Shown: positions 37,707 to 50,490, counted from the whole stretch's first letter. The stretch is 63,989 nt of DNA, filler included, from Octopus bimaculoides (GCF_001194135.2; 7 parts of 7 records of this genome joined end to end with filler, not necessarily neighbours in it); one strand, 5' to 3'. The notes: a model not told the origin generated them from the letters alone. Made by a program: numbers and translations.

Positions 37707-37752
37707 TACCTTTCAGTTGAAAAATTACTAACAATCCACCCTTATTATTTAG

Positions 37753-37844
<92 letters not shown>

Positions 37845-37898
37845 GTTTCTTTATTAGCCACACAGGGCTCAACATAGAGGGGACAAAATATACATGTA

Positions 37899-37998
37899 NN
37901 NNNNNNNNNNNNNNNNNNNNNNNNNNNNNNNNNNNNNNNNNNTTAATTAATTAANNNNNNNNNNNNNNNNNNNNNNNNNNNNNNNNNNNNNNNNNNNN
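37899..37998. other. Assembly join spacer
   Basis: 44N-TTAATTAATTAA-44N. Confidence 0.93.
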
Positions 37999-38378
37999 CT
38001 TCTTCCCCAACCCAACCTCCCAACCTGGCTCGTTCCCCTCCCCATTTTCACACTACATACGTCAAGATCACCAGCATTCTATCTCCCACACACAGCCCCT
38101 CGTTCTTCGATCACCGTTTGTTATCTCCCCCTTTTCTTAGCTCTCCTGAAAAAAGAATTTCTAACTTCCGGTCAGCCATTATTAGGATTGATCGTTGACT
38201 GAACAGTATTCAATTTTTTTTCTCCGTGTTTTTCTCCTTGTCTCCGTATTCTTTGTGTTGAAGAGCGTAGCTCGAAACGTCAAAGACTTTCCGTATTTCT
38301 GAGCGTCATACTAATACATCCTTTTGTTATTTACAGCACTTGTCCTTGTCTGTTGTTGTTTTTTCGTACATTCTCCCA
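37999..38378 (+). mobile_element. Penelope-type pseudo-LTR with minimal hammerhead-like motif (38250-38286)
   Basis: TCTTT-GTGTTGAA-GAGC-GTA-GCTC-GAAA-CG-TC-AAAGA; homologous to 30948-31135; ends at (TA)n. Confidence 0.65.
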
Positions 38379-38959
38379 TATATATATATATATATATATA
38401 TATTACTTAATTTTCTTGCTGGTTGCCGACAAATTTTTCTGCTCTTAAAAGGATTTTATTCTTTATATATACTGTTCAGTATTTATGTGTTGAAAAAATA
38501 TATCTTTCTACTTATTCTTCCATGCATTTCAACGCCTCAAAAACTATTGTTTATGTTTGTTTTCTCTTCCACAGCCAAACAATCCCGTGAAGTCCTTGGC
38601 TGCTTCGGTGAATCGCTTGAAAAGGGCAGCTCGTTTTTGTTTGTTCTTTTTTGTTTGTTCGTCAACATTATACTTCGTACCGTAGCTTTCTTCTGTTGAG
38701 CAACTGGGAAAAGTTCGTAAATATCCAGGCTTTCTTATTTGAACATCAAAGATTAAACTTGAAAACCCATAGGTTTTCGGAGTGATACATAAATAATACC
38801 CTGTAGAATTTTCCTCTACAAGGTGTGGAGACCGTATTCGGAAGCTTTAAAATCTCAGCATATTTTGTTGTCCCAAGAAAATCACATTTTCATGAACATC
38901 CTCGGGATAATTTATGACAGCTTCTGTATAAACACTGACAGCTTCACCAGTTGTGTTAA

Positions 38960-40140
38960 TCTATATATATAAAAATGAGAACGTCTGTCTGTCTGTCTGT
39001 CCGTCTGTCCGTCCGTCCGTCCGTCTGTCTGCCTGTGTGAATCCCTAAAACTCGAGAACTACGCAACCAAGTTCATTCAAATTTTACACATGCCTTACTT
39101 AGGGTTCCAGTTGTGTATTAGTCAAAAAATTTTTTAACTTCTTGCAGAGTTCGAGCCCACAGCAACATAATATCTCCTCCACTATTTAAGTATTACGTGT
39201 CAAAAGTGAAACAAAAACACTCATGTCAAATACTTTCACTTTAAAAATGAAACTATTCTACTAACTGAAACAATCACATTTCGATACTGTAATGACAGAT
39301 ACTTTCAGAGAGANNNNNNNNNNNNNNNNNNNNNNNNNNNNNNNNNNNNNNNNNNNNNNNNNNNNNNNNNNNNNNNNNNNNNNNNNNNNNNNNNNNNNNN
39401 NNNNNNNNNNNNNNNNNNNNNNNNNNNNNNNNNNNNNNNNNNNNNNNNNNNNNNNNNNNNNNNNNNNNNNNNNNNNNNNNNNNNNNNNNNNNNNNNNNNN
39501 NNNNNNNNNNNNNNNNNNNNNNNNNNNNNNNNNNNNNNNNNNNNNNNNNNNNNNNNNNNNNNNNNNNNNNNNNNNNNNNNNNNNNNNNNNNNNNNNNNNN
39601 NNNNNNNNNNNNNNNNNNNNNNNNNNNNNNNNNNNNNNNNNNNNNNNNNNNNNNNNNNNNNNNNNNNNNNNNNNNNNNNNNNNNNNNNNNNNNNNNNNNN
39701 NNNNNNNNNNNNNNNNNNNNNNNNNNNNNNNNNNNNNNNNNNNNNNNNNNNNNNNNNNNNNNNNNNNNNNNNNNNNNNNNNNNNNNNNNNNNNNNNNNNN
39801 NNNNNNNNNNNNNNNNNNNNNNNNNNNNNNNNNNNNNNNNNNNNNNNNNNNNNNNNNNNAGTGTTGAGTAAAATTATTTCGTTGCAGACCTCCTTTGGGT
39901 CTTTTTATTATCACTACGACATACATAGTCCCCAGTTGGTAACATTGATTTCAAGGCCCTCCTAGATGAGAGACTGGCATTCCACTTAATGTCTATGTTC
40001 CATGCTGGCATGGATTGGAGAGTTATTAATGTAGAAATATGGTATCATAGCTACTAACAGTTGAGGGTTGCGTAGTCTAGACGGCGTTTTTAGATTTCAT
40101 TATTCTCTTTAACCCGGGCAAAGCCGGGTATTTCTGCTAG
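38960..40140 (+). mobile_element. Non-autonomous Helitron
   Basis: 5' TC preceded by A, subterminal hairpin ACCCGG-GCAAAG-CCGGGT, 3' CTAG followed by T (A|T target), (TCTG/TCCG)n near the 5' end; middle is gapped. Confidence 0.85.
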
Positions 40141-41109
40141 TATTGTATAAATTAATCTTTGAAACCCTTCAAACCAGCCTTTACTTACCAGAAAAGATTT
40201 CACACCAGACACTCCACCTACTTCATTCTACAAATCGTTACATAAACTTTTAGATTTCTCTTGAATGATTGTTATCTTCACCAACAGATTAAGTTCAGTC
40301 GTTTCGCCGATCTGCACACTCAGGAGCTGTTCCACATTATATAAAGTCTATAAAAAAATGTGTCTGGGCACCGTAGGTTCATCTGGCATTTTACCTTTAT
40401 TGTCACATTTTTACCATTACAGACATAAAGTTTAATATGGCTGAGTTTTCTTCCACATCAAATCATTGTGAAATATGAAGTTTAACGTTTAATGTAATTT
40501 CTTTAGATTTTTTGCGACTTTAGATTTTAGTTCTTATTGATGGCTACTCTTCAAGAATCTTGAATAAAATTTAAACACTACACTGTACGCGTTTGAAGTT
40601 AAATTTAGCAGAAGGTGAGGCAGGCAAGACAGACGCAGCAAATAGTAAAACAGAAAAATCTAAAGAAAGTCGTAATGTTCTGTGTGGAAAAAAAACAACG
40701 AAACAACTTAATAATATAAACGCAGAAATGGAAATAAGAAAAGAAAGGGGTCGAGGAGTGGTGACGAAAAGTTTTGAGGGTGTATTTTATGATTAAAATG
40801 AATAATAAGAATGGGGCAAAAACGAGAAGTCGTTCGTGGTGATGTCGAGAACAATGAGAAGTACAAAGGGTGAAAGAGTGTATGTGTTGAGAATAATGCT
40901 GAAGTTAGTGAAAGATACAAAAAGTTTATTCATAAAAGCACATTATAAAAGTTGAGTCAGTTGGCTACAAACAAACAAAATATTATATATAGAATTCAGA
41001 TAAAAAAATGACACTAGGAACAGGTAAACTTGCGTCACAACCAAAAACGTTTTTTGCGTACATTATCATCATAAATATTAGTTTCAAATTTTGGAACAAG
41101 ATTAGCAAT

Positions 41110-41228
41110 TTTCTGGAAGGGGTTAAGACGATTACATCGATCCCAGTGCTCAATTGATACTTATTTTATCGACCCCGAGAGAATGAAAGGCAAAGTCGAC
41201 CCGAGTGACATTTGAACTCAGAACATTA
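41110..41228 (-). mobile_element. SINE family B fragment
   Basis: GATTACATCGATCCCAGT..TTTATCGACCCC..GAAAGGCAAAGTCGAC. Confidence 0.7.
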
Positions 41229-41589
41229 GCTGGACAGTTTTGTACAATAAATTTAAAAGAAAAGAACTGTAAAGTATGATAAATTAGAAGAACTGGCATT
41301 CTTTGCTGCAATATTTTAAGTAAAAATTTTCTTATTCTTTATTTTACTAGAAGTAATAGCTTGTCCTATACTTTTCCAGGTGTAATAATCTGTCCTGTAT
41401 TTTTCCAGGTTTATAATCTTAAGAATATTACTTTTCATGCTTGCATTTTTCCATGTAATTAAAATATATTTAATATACCACTAATTGAAATATTGAAAAA
41501 TATAAAAAAATTTATAGATACATAAATATATAAAACTATAATATACATACATAGGTAGAAAAATTATATTGATGTATAAAAATACTGAT

Positions 41590-42890
41590 ATTTTATTAAA
41601 AAAAGTAGTGAAAAGTCTTGCCTGGAGAGAGCGCTGTTGGAGATTGAGAAAAGTCTGCATCAATTTTACGAAAAAGTGAGAGCAGATAAAAAAGCCTGAG
41701 TTATAGAAAATGTTAAGTCAAACCCTAAAGCTTACTTTAACTTTGCCAAAGAAACAGCCTCAGTACGCTACAAGATAGGACCCCTCTTCCAAAAAGATGG
41801 TTTCCTCACAAGAAACCCAATGAGGATAAATGAAAGCCTGAACGAACAGTTCAAAAGTGTGTTCACTACTTCTCTGGCACACAGGCAAGTGAACAAACGA
41901 GCAGAATTTTTGCCACTTTACCTGTGACCAAAGAGGCGAAAATTTATTACATCGAGATTAAAGAAGAAAATGTAACACTGACCATAAATGAAGTTGATAC
42001 AAACTCAACTGCTGGCTCTGATGGATTCCCAGCAATCCTCAAATCATGCAAATAAACCCTTGTGAAATCACTGTAGATTCTTTTTCAGAGCTTTTTTACA
42101 AGTGGTAAGCTCCCAAACAAACGGAAAGAAGGAATAATATGCTCTTTCCATAGTGGTGGGGGTAGAGCAGATGCTAAAAAGTACAGGCCAATTTCTCTGA
42201 CCTCACACAACAGCAGAGTCAGAACGAATAGTTGGAAAATTTGGAGAGTGGATACACGACTTTCTAAAAGATAGACGTCAGGTAGTGGTGATCAACTGAG
42301 CCACCACAAAGGAAGCACAAATAGCAAGCGGTGTTCCACAGGGAACTGTTTTAGGGCCACTACTATTTATAGTGGCCCTCTCAGACATGCCCTCAGCTGC
42401 GCAGTTAGCTATGCAGATGAGATAAAAGTCTCTCGAACAATTCAGAACCCTGGGTATACTGCGCATGTGCAACAGGAGTTGGACGCAAGATACAAGTAAG
42501 CTGAGGACAGCAACATGCAGTTTAATGCAGGAAAATTCCAAGCTTTGCTAAAGATCCCAGCATCACCATCAAACTACAGGACCAGATACTGCAACAGCTT
42601 GGGCTTCAGGGGCCTACAGCTCTTTAATATCCTTCAAAAATGCCTGAGAGACCTGCATGGTGTGGATATAAGTGTTTTTAAAACAAAACTGGATCTCTTC
42701 CTGTTACGGGTCCCAGACGAACCTACCTCACGGCAGGAAACACAGACGATGGCAGTAGCATCAAACTCCCTCATTCACAGAATGCCACATGCCAGAAGAG
42801 GTTTCAAATACTGAAGGTGTAGCACAGTTAACAGTGGTGCTCCAGCATGACCACAACTTTAAAGCTGAAACAAGCTAAAGAGTTAAAGAG
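41590..42890 (+). mobile_element. CR1/L2-group LINE, internally deleted ORF2 with 3' tail
   Basis: NPKAYFNFAK, NEQFKSVFT, GSDGFPAILK, KYRPISLTS, SGVPQGTVLGPLLFIV, MQFNAGKFQ, FKTKLDLFLLRVPDEP; tail GGTGCTCCAGCATGACCAC..GCTGAAACAAG. Confidence 0.85.
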
Positions 42891-43525
42891 TTTATACATG
42901 CATACAGACAGACATACCGACATATATACATATACATATTTATGCATACATGCATACACACTTACCTACCTACCTACCTACCTATCGATTGATCTATCGA
43001 TCTAATTCAATGCTTACACGGGTTATTCACTGCAATCAGTTTTAGAGATGAGAACGTCTTTGGACCACAAAACACCATCAACAATCTCGCCGTCATCGCC
43101 ATTACCACACCACGACTTCACCCCCACCCCCAGCCCGATACTCTCCTGTGGCAGCGGTACCATCATTACCACTACCATTACCACCACCACCACCAACAAC
43201 AACAACACTATCATCACTACTGTCACCACAATCGCCACCACCACCGCCGCCGCCGTACCCACTGCAATCATCGTCGGCACTATTATTAACTTCTTTCTCG
43301 CACTGCAGTCAATAACAGAGCATCCCAAACAAAACTAATGAACTCAGTGATCCATCATCGATAGTCAGAAATCTATCAAGTTGCTTTGTGTATCTCATTT
43401 CTTTATGATTGATTCTTAAAACATCTACTTTACGCTTCTGACCTCTCTCTCTTTCTCCCTCCTACTCACTCTCTCTCTCTCTGTCTACCCTCTCTTTCTC
43501 TTTTCATTTATCTCTTTATCTAATC

Positions 43526-43570
<45 letters not shown>

Positions 43571-43689
43571 CCCACCCATCCATCCATCTATTTCTTTCTC
43601 TCTTTCTCTCTCTTTCTCGCTCCCTCTCTCTCAACAGCCCCATCAACAGGAAAACTGAAGTCCCCAGGGCCAAGAATGGCGATCAATGT

Positions 43690-43910
43690 AGTAAAAATGT
43701 AGAATGTGTGGAATTTGGGATGGACCAATGGCACACATTGTTGCAGGATGCCCCAAGTTAGCTCAGTGAGACTATAAGAAATGGAGGCATGACCAAGTTG
43801 TGAAAGTTTTGCACTGGAAGACTTGTCAGAAATGGAGAATTGAAGCTGGAAGTACTTGGTGTGATCACCGGGTTGAGTGAGAGAAATGCCAGAGTCTATG
43901 GGATTTTTCT
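43690..43910 (+). mobile_element. R4/Dong-like CCHC knuckle fragment
   Basis: KCRMCG..MAHIVAGCPKLAQ*DYKKWRHDQVVKVLHW, similar to 1300-1447. Confidence 0.75.
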
Positions 43911-44630
43911 ATTCAAACGGACCAGAAGCTAAAAAAAACGGTAAACTAGACATAACAATAATAGAAAAGGTGAAGTTGCTTACTGTTTGATCTATCATGT
44001 CCGTTTGATCCCATGATTGCAAAGAAAGAAAATGAGTAACTAAAAAACCACATCATTTAAATTTTGAAATTGCAAGAATTTGGAATATGAAAGTTGTAAA
44101 GGTTGTAATAATTGAAGTGGGAACTGTAAGTAAAGATATAGACAAAATAGTTGAAGGAGATCGGAATAGAATCTCCTGTAGAGCTTCTACAGTGAGTTTG
44201 CTTCTTAGGGACAGGAATAATTATCAGGAGGGTTTTAAGAACTTGAAAAACTACTGAAAACTTATGGATATCTAAGGTTAGAAGGTAGTAAACCGCAACC
44301 CACATAAATTCACAAATCTGAAATGAATTGAATAATAAAAACATAAAAAGAAATATTCGTGTGAGTATATATTTATACCGACAGGCACACACATACATGT
44401 AATGTGTGTGTGTTTTAATGTAATGCTGTTACTCTAGAGATAAAATATTCACATGAATTAATTCTGCGCAATTTCTGTAGGAAATAGGTTCATGAAAGGT
44501 AATGTTGCATTTTATTTCTGAATATATTGGTATCTGAGTGGGTCTGAATAGATACACACATATACAGGTTTACATTCACATTCCATGTAGGCAACCACAC
44601 ACACACACACACACACACACCTCACATATA

Positions 44631-44848
44631 CGAAGGGGTGCTGAAAAGCTCCTGGCTTTGAATAAAAGAAAATACCGGAGAATCAGTTAATTATGATATT
44701 ATTCAACATATTCCTTTCTTAGATTCACATACTTATTGAAGCGTTCCTTCAGTTTTTCTAAACCCTATTAAAGTACTCGGAAGGTTGGGCCTCCAACTAG
44801 GCCTTTCGTGGCGCCTTGAAAGCCAGGAACTTTTCAGGACCCCCCTCG
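44631..44848 (-). mobile_element. Internally deleted mariner element (MITE)
   Basis: TA-CGAAGGGGTGCTGAAAAG.TCCTGGCTTT / AAAGCCAGGAACTTTTCAG.ACCCCCTCG TIRs. The minus strand holds the transposase end LEAQPSEYFNR..KLKERFNKYVNLRKEYVE*. Confidence 0.85.
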
Positions 44849-45344
44849 TCTATGCACATGAAAACACATATAGACAGAAACCCCACCCTCACACACGCAC
44901 ACATTCACCGAGTTGGTTTTGAAAAAAAATAATTTCTTAAAATTTGTCTTATTATTTGTATGAAACAAGGAAGGAGTCGTTTTTTTAGACCATAATTGAT
45001 CTATTTTTAATTCCAGAATGAGCCTATCCTACGACAGACTCAACATACAAATTGTATGGTAATAAGGGACTAATTAAATAATATGTGTATTCACACGTAA
45101 ATATTCAACAGACATTTAAATTGATCGTGGGTTGGGTTACACAAAAAAGAAATGAAAGAAACGTATATATCAATTTTATGAACAACAGAAATTTATTGTG
45201 ACTATTGCGTTTTCTTTCTCACAGGTTGTGTGTGAGTGTGACTTATCGTTTGTTGGACGAAATAAAGTGACGCAGTCTCAATATACCTTCATTCAGAGAT
45301 CGGTGAAATAACAAACGCGAAGTACGAACACACTGAAGATAAAA

Positions 45345-45419
<75 letters not shown>

Positions 45420-45639
45420 TCACAATAATAATATAGACTCCCTAAACCAAACAAAACATTACGAGAAATGAGTCAGCCTAAAGAGCTTTCCCTAAAAAAA
45501 TTAAGGTCATGACAGATTTCGATTACTGGGATCGCCTTAAAACAAAGTCTTTATTTTCACCTGCGCCGTTGTGAGCTCTACATCATTTTGTGTACAATGT
45601 GGAGAGTGCACCAACTGTATTGCCCATAAGACCTTAACA

Positions 45640-45900
45640 ATAGATTCAGAACTCATTTAAGGCTGGGGTCATGTGCCATACATCCCCTATTCAATTCAGG
45701 CTCACAATACATACATTCCCTTGCAACACAATTTCTTTTCCTCAACCGGCCCTGCTCTATTAAACAATTATCCCAAAACAAATCAAAGAAAAAGATCCCC
45801 TCACTTTCAAACGAAACCTGGACAATTTTCTCCAAGGGATACCAGATAAGCCACCTATCGCCCGCCTAGATTTGAATGACCATTTGTATTGGTCTGCAAT
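45640..45900 (+). mobile_element. CR1/L2-like ORF2 3' fragment
   Basis: LTFKRNLDNFLQGIPDKPP resembles FKTKLDLFLLRVPDEP. Confidence 0.55.
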
Positions 45901-46199
45901 GACCGCTTGCCAGCAGACAGAATTAACCGTTTGATTAGTGTCACTGGACGAGAAATGCATTGGTGACTCACTGACTGCGTGTTCTTTACAGGCTTTCTGA
46001 AATTTCTAAGGACAACTGACCTGGGAAACTTACAGGAGAATTTATACAATGAAGCACAAATTTTAGGTAATAAATAAAATATGTTGGGAGCAAGAATCCA
46101 CAGGAATGCAGTCCTGTCCAGTTTGTATTAAACCAAGCCTATAAACTGTATATTGCAGTATGAGAATAAATTCTGTCAAAGTTGTAAACATACTCTTCT

Positions 46200-46860
46200 C
46201 TTGGCTGAACGGGAGTCATTCAAGGGAAATCATCTGGAATGCAAATAAGCATTACAAATGTGATGCAGTATGGTTAAATGAGGTAGGGAGTGAATAAGGG
46301 GGTAAACAACTTAAAACCCCGGAAGAGTACCTCTTGTAACAGTTGTCTCAAAACTATTAGATGGGAGTGATTTGATGATAATCAGGCACTGGAAGCTAAT
46401 GCTTTGTGTAAAAGAACTCACGAACTTGTTGAAGAAATAATGTAGATTGAGTTTATTGTGACAGATCGGCTGGTAGTTGACGTCCACCATTCCTGGCTTG
46501 GAACCAGAAGATTCATATGGAGAAAAACTAAAGACCCACATCTGAATAAGATAAATAAAAGTTTCGTGATCTCCAAGATCATAGCGGAAAACAATGAACT
46601 ATTGATGAGCAAACCAGAATAAAGAAGGGCCTCTGCGACTTGCCGAACAACTTTTGATCAACAAAATTGTCGTTAAGACAGCAAAGTTGTATGGCCGATG
46701 ACAATATGATGAAAATGTAAGAAAGCGTTTCATGGATGTCAGCTTTAGTTGATACCTTTAAAAGATTCGTCTAACCTACTGTCACTAAGACTGCAATTTT
46801 AACAAAGAGAATCAGGTTATTCGAGGGCAACAGCTTGCTTGTTCCACCGTCCGTCCTGGT
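46200..46860 (+). mobile_element. Highly decayed R4/Dong-like RT fragment
   Basis: IWNANKHYKCDAVWLNEV, WLGTRRFIWRKTKDP, AEQLLINKIVVKTAK, RIRLFEGNSL in shifting frames. Confidence 0.45.
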
Positions 46861-46984
46861 AATGAACCCTTCTTGGTTAATTCTGGTGATAGCTTGGAGG
46901 GAGGAGAGAGGCAGTAATCATATAAGTAGAAAGTTATGTATCCACCCTGCAGGTGAGAGGATCTTATATTGCGTGAAAGAGCAA

Positions 46985-47074
46985 CTTGCCCTGTAAAAGA
47001 ACTCGGAAAATTTGGCCTCCAGCCAGGCCTTTCGCAACCCCCTTAAAGCCAGAAACTTTCCAGCAACCCTTCGT
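46985..47074 (-). mobile_element. Partial copy of the mariner MITE (one TIR)
   Basis: Matches 44760-44848. Confidence 0.7.
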
Positions 47075-47166
47075 ATGTTTTCTATATTTTTAAAACAAGG
47101 TCGGGTCCCTTGGTAGACACAGGTTTGGTTCTCGTTTGATGTCGTGTTGCATGTGAAAAGATCGAA

Positions 47167-47440
47167 TAGGTGCCGGCGTGGTGGCGTGGTCAAGTAGTTT
47201 GCTTGATAAACATGTAGTTTTGGGTTGAATGCCACTGGCCAGCAGCTTGGGTAAGTGTTTTCTATTAAGGGCCCTGGTCGATGAATATCTTGAGAATGAT
47301 GTTGGCAAATGAAAACTATGTGGAAATCTGTCAGGTGTGTGTGTGAGTGTCTTTGTGCTTATCTTTCACCGTTTGACGACCGATGCTGGTTTGTTTACCT
47401 TTCGGTAATTTAGTGACGCGGCAAAAAGTGTCTGATAAAT
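47167..47440 (+). mobile_element. Decayed SINE family A
   Basis: Head and body resemble 16407-16690. Confidence 0.65.
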
Positions 47441-47444
47441 GTAT

Positions 47445-47678
47445 ATTTCTTTATTGCCCACAGGGAGCTAAACATAGAGGGGACAAACAAGGACAGACAA
47501 AGGGATTAAGTCCATTACATCGACCCCAGTGCGCAATTGGTACTTATTTAATCGACCTCGAAAAGATTAAAGGCAAAGTCTACCTCGGCGGAATTTGAAC
47601 TCAGAACGTAAAGACAGACGAAATACCGCTAAGCATTTCCCTCGGCGTGATCACGTTTCTGCCAGCTCCCACCGCCTT
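47445..47678 (-). mobile_element. Near full-length SINE family B (reference copy)
   Basis: Minus strand GGCGGTGGGAGCTGGCAGAAACG..GAGTTCAAATTCCGCCGAGG..CTTTGCCTTT..GTCGATTAAATAAGTACCA; the central block resembles the MetaSINE-type domain (inference). Confidence 0.8.
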
Positions 47679-48654
47679 CCTGATAAATCTAACAGTCTCA
47701 AGAGAAATACTTTGGTCGACTTGATTGTCTCAACCATTCAAGCAAGGCTCCAGCATGACTTCAGTTCATTGAGTGAAACAAGTAAAAGAATAACAGAATA
47801 ACGTAATTACACATAGCTCCGTCAGTTGCAATGTGGCGACCTTGTACGTCTGGTATGAATATATATGTGGAGCCATGGAGAATGCATTCGGGAATTTCGA
47901 GTATCTGAGGATGAAATATTTTAACAATAGGACAACAATGAGAATTGTTTGTATGTGAAACGCTAGCTAAACAATGAACTTTGCATAGACATTTTATTAA
48001 ATGTGCTGAGAGATTTGTAGGAAATTTTCAGTGAGATAAGATCTTCACAAACAAAATGTAAAGCAGAGAGAATATGTAGAAGAGAAATAACAAGCAAAAT
48101 ACTTTGTCTATGACAATACTTTAAGAAAACGCTCTAAAATATAGAAAGTAGCAGAAGAATAACCCTGCGAAACAGGTGAGATACCTCTGTGAAGATCCTT
48201 GACTGTCATTTGATAAAAAAATCAAAGGCAAACGGTAAAACATAATGGATAAAGATAAAAAGTTAATCCTGATGAAAGGACGTGGGAAAGTCTTTGTTTA
48301 ACGAATTTGAACGACGCACAAATGAAAAGAAACTGCAATAATTTATTCTGGATTTTGTTATTTAGTGACAAATATGCATATACACATAGACATACACACA
48401 CAAACATATATACATACTCGCATACATGCATACATACACACACAAACATATATTTAAAAATGCAAGATACTTGATCATTGAAAAGCTCACACATAGATGC
48501 ACATACGTATGCATGTTTGACCAAACTAGAAGTATACGCATTGAAACACACGCGCAGGTACACGCGCACAGGCACACATATGCACACACGCATGCGCAAA
48601 CATACATGTCTGTTATCTTTTACTTGTTTCAGTCGTTAGACTGAGGTCATGCTG

Positions 48655-49215
48655 GAGCATACATAGACACACAAACATACATATGGTGACACTCAATGCC
48701 GAAATGAGGTACTAGCCCTTCTAAAGTTTTCCATGTGAAGATTATTGCATATCTCTCACATCTTCGCTCCAGGGAGTAAAGTTGCAGTTTTCTCAGCCTA
48801 TCTCTGTAGCTCATCCGCGGCACTGCTTCAATCTTGCTAGTGTAGTGGCGTTGGACTGCTTCAAGCTCCGCTGTTAGTTTGGCACTATGTGGTGACCATA
48901 ACCGGGCGGCTAGGATCAAAGTTCTCCATAGGGCCAACATAGTTTCTCAGCCTCTTCTCTGCATTTTGTTGCCATCTTGGCAATGTGCGTGTGAAATGAT
49001 GCATCATTGCACTTACTGATCCGAAAGTCTTTCACTGCCTGTAACTCTGGGACATTGGCTGCAACTGCCTGACTACTGTCTTTGAGGAGGTCATGCAACC
49101 ACTCTCCCAGTTTACTAGCAATGCCAAGGTTTCGCAGCTTATGGCATCTCATGCCATGATCAACCTTATCAAATGCCTTTGGAAAGTCAAGGTATATCAC
49201 GCTAACATCTCAATG
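48655..49215 (-). mobile_element. CR1/L2-group LINE RT fragments, internally deleted
   Basis: IYLDFPKAFDKVDHG, LWSPHSAKLTAELEAVQRHYTSKI..MSYRDRLRKLQLYSLERR. Confidence 0.85.
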
Positions 49216-49419
49216 TTCAAGCAACTGTTTCAAAACTCAGTCATAGTGGTGTAGTTGTGTGAGGCAGCGTCTTCCTATATCTCATTTTATATCTATATAG
49301 ACAGACAGACAGACAGATAAATAGGCACCGCCCATATATATATATATATATATAAACTCAATCTCGACTCTCACCAACGTCGCCGGGAGCGCTACATCTT
49401 TTGTGTGATGTGGAAAATA

Positions 49420-49773
49420 TTCCCATCAATATTGCACAAATGATGTTGGCATCAATTTTAAAATCCATCCAAGACTTGGCCCCTGTGCTATCTGCCCACT
49501 ACAAAAATCGAACTCAGGACACATAGCAACATTACGACACAAGTACTTTACTTCAACCGGTTCAGCTCTCTTTAATACCTTACCAAAATACGTGAAAACA
49601 AAAACGGATCCCATGAAATTCAAAAGTTCACAGGACAAATTTCTTCAAAAAATCCCGGACCAACCTCCTACACCCAGATATGTCTCCAACAATAATAACT
49701 CTTTGGTAGAGTGGGCCATAGTGCCCCATATATGACTAAAAGACTTCACTATGCTGGCCGAAACCTGTCAAAG

Positions 49774-49775
<2 letters not shown>
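49420..49775 (+). mobile_element. CR1/L2-group LINE 3' end
   Basis: LFNTLPKYVK..KFLQKIPDQPPTPRY. Confidence 0.65.
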
Positions 49776-49809
<34 letters not shown>

Positions 49810-49827
49810 GAGATTCCGTTGAATTAA

Positions 49828-49980
49828 ATACTTACAGTTCCAGTGATGGATTCGATCTGTAGTCTTCGAATTAGCTTTCTCCTTTCTGGTTTTAAGAAGC
49901 CTAATTTCTCAAGATTGGTATTTAGGCAGTGTGTTGCATATCCCAGGGCCCCAACAATTACAGGTATAAACCTGAACTTG
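49828..49980 (-). mobile_element. R4/Dong-like RLE C-terminal fragment
   Basis: KFRFIPVIVGALGYATHCLNTNLEKLGFLKPERRKLIRRLQIESITGT. Confidence 0.7.
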
Positions 49981-50449
49981 TATGTATGTATGCATGCATG
50001 CATGCAGATTCCATGATAAGGTGGAAAAGATGTTCATAGTGTTGATATGACAGTTTGATAGGTAAATGAATAAAGTTAGAGGCAACAGTCTCGGAAAAAA
50101 TTCAAAAGTCATTTACAATTGTTTCTAGAATGGTTGCGGAGTTCATGACACTTTCTGATGTTGTATGCATGTATGTATACATTAGCATACACGCTCTTTG
50201 TGGTGACTATGGCGTCGCTAAATGCTTTGGGGAGAGCTTGAAAAGTAAATTAGAAATCTTATTGTAAGAAAAGAATAATTCTCTGTCTTTTGCTCAGTCA
50301 CGTTAGAAAGGTGTCTGGCTCTATCATGTAACTTATTTTTAGAGGCACATGATATTTCCTGCCAAAGAACAAAATAAAGATATTGGCAAGCAATAAGTGT
50401 ATGTGCGTGTGTCAGTGTGTCTATATAAATATACGTTTATATATATATA

Positions 50450-50490
<41 letters not shown>

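Noticed and set aside
38574-38699. Plus-strand exon with hydrophobic tail; likewise 45225-45311
   Set aside because: Acceptor-like sites only; T-rich DNA gives hydrophobic translations by chance
40593-40796. 67-aa K/E-rich ORF
   Set aside because: A-rich composition explains the open frame; no motif or splice support
43023-43338. Thr/His/Val-rich ORFs
   Set aside because: Degenerate (CAC/CAA/CCG)n low-complexity DNA
47895-47975. CTGAGGA...GAAACGCTAGCTA as a hammerhead
   Set aside because: Core-like words are present but stems I and II do not pair at the junctions; at most a heavily decayed remnant
48265-48300. CTGATGAAAGGAC...GTCTTT as a hammerhead
   Set aside because: No GAAA after the stem
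49822-49832. Minus-strand GTAAGT donor as a host exon end
   Set aside because: The upstream peptide is an R4/Dong RLE C-terminal fragment
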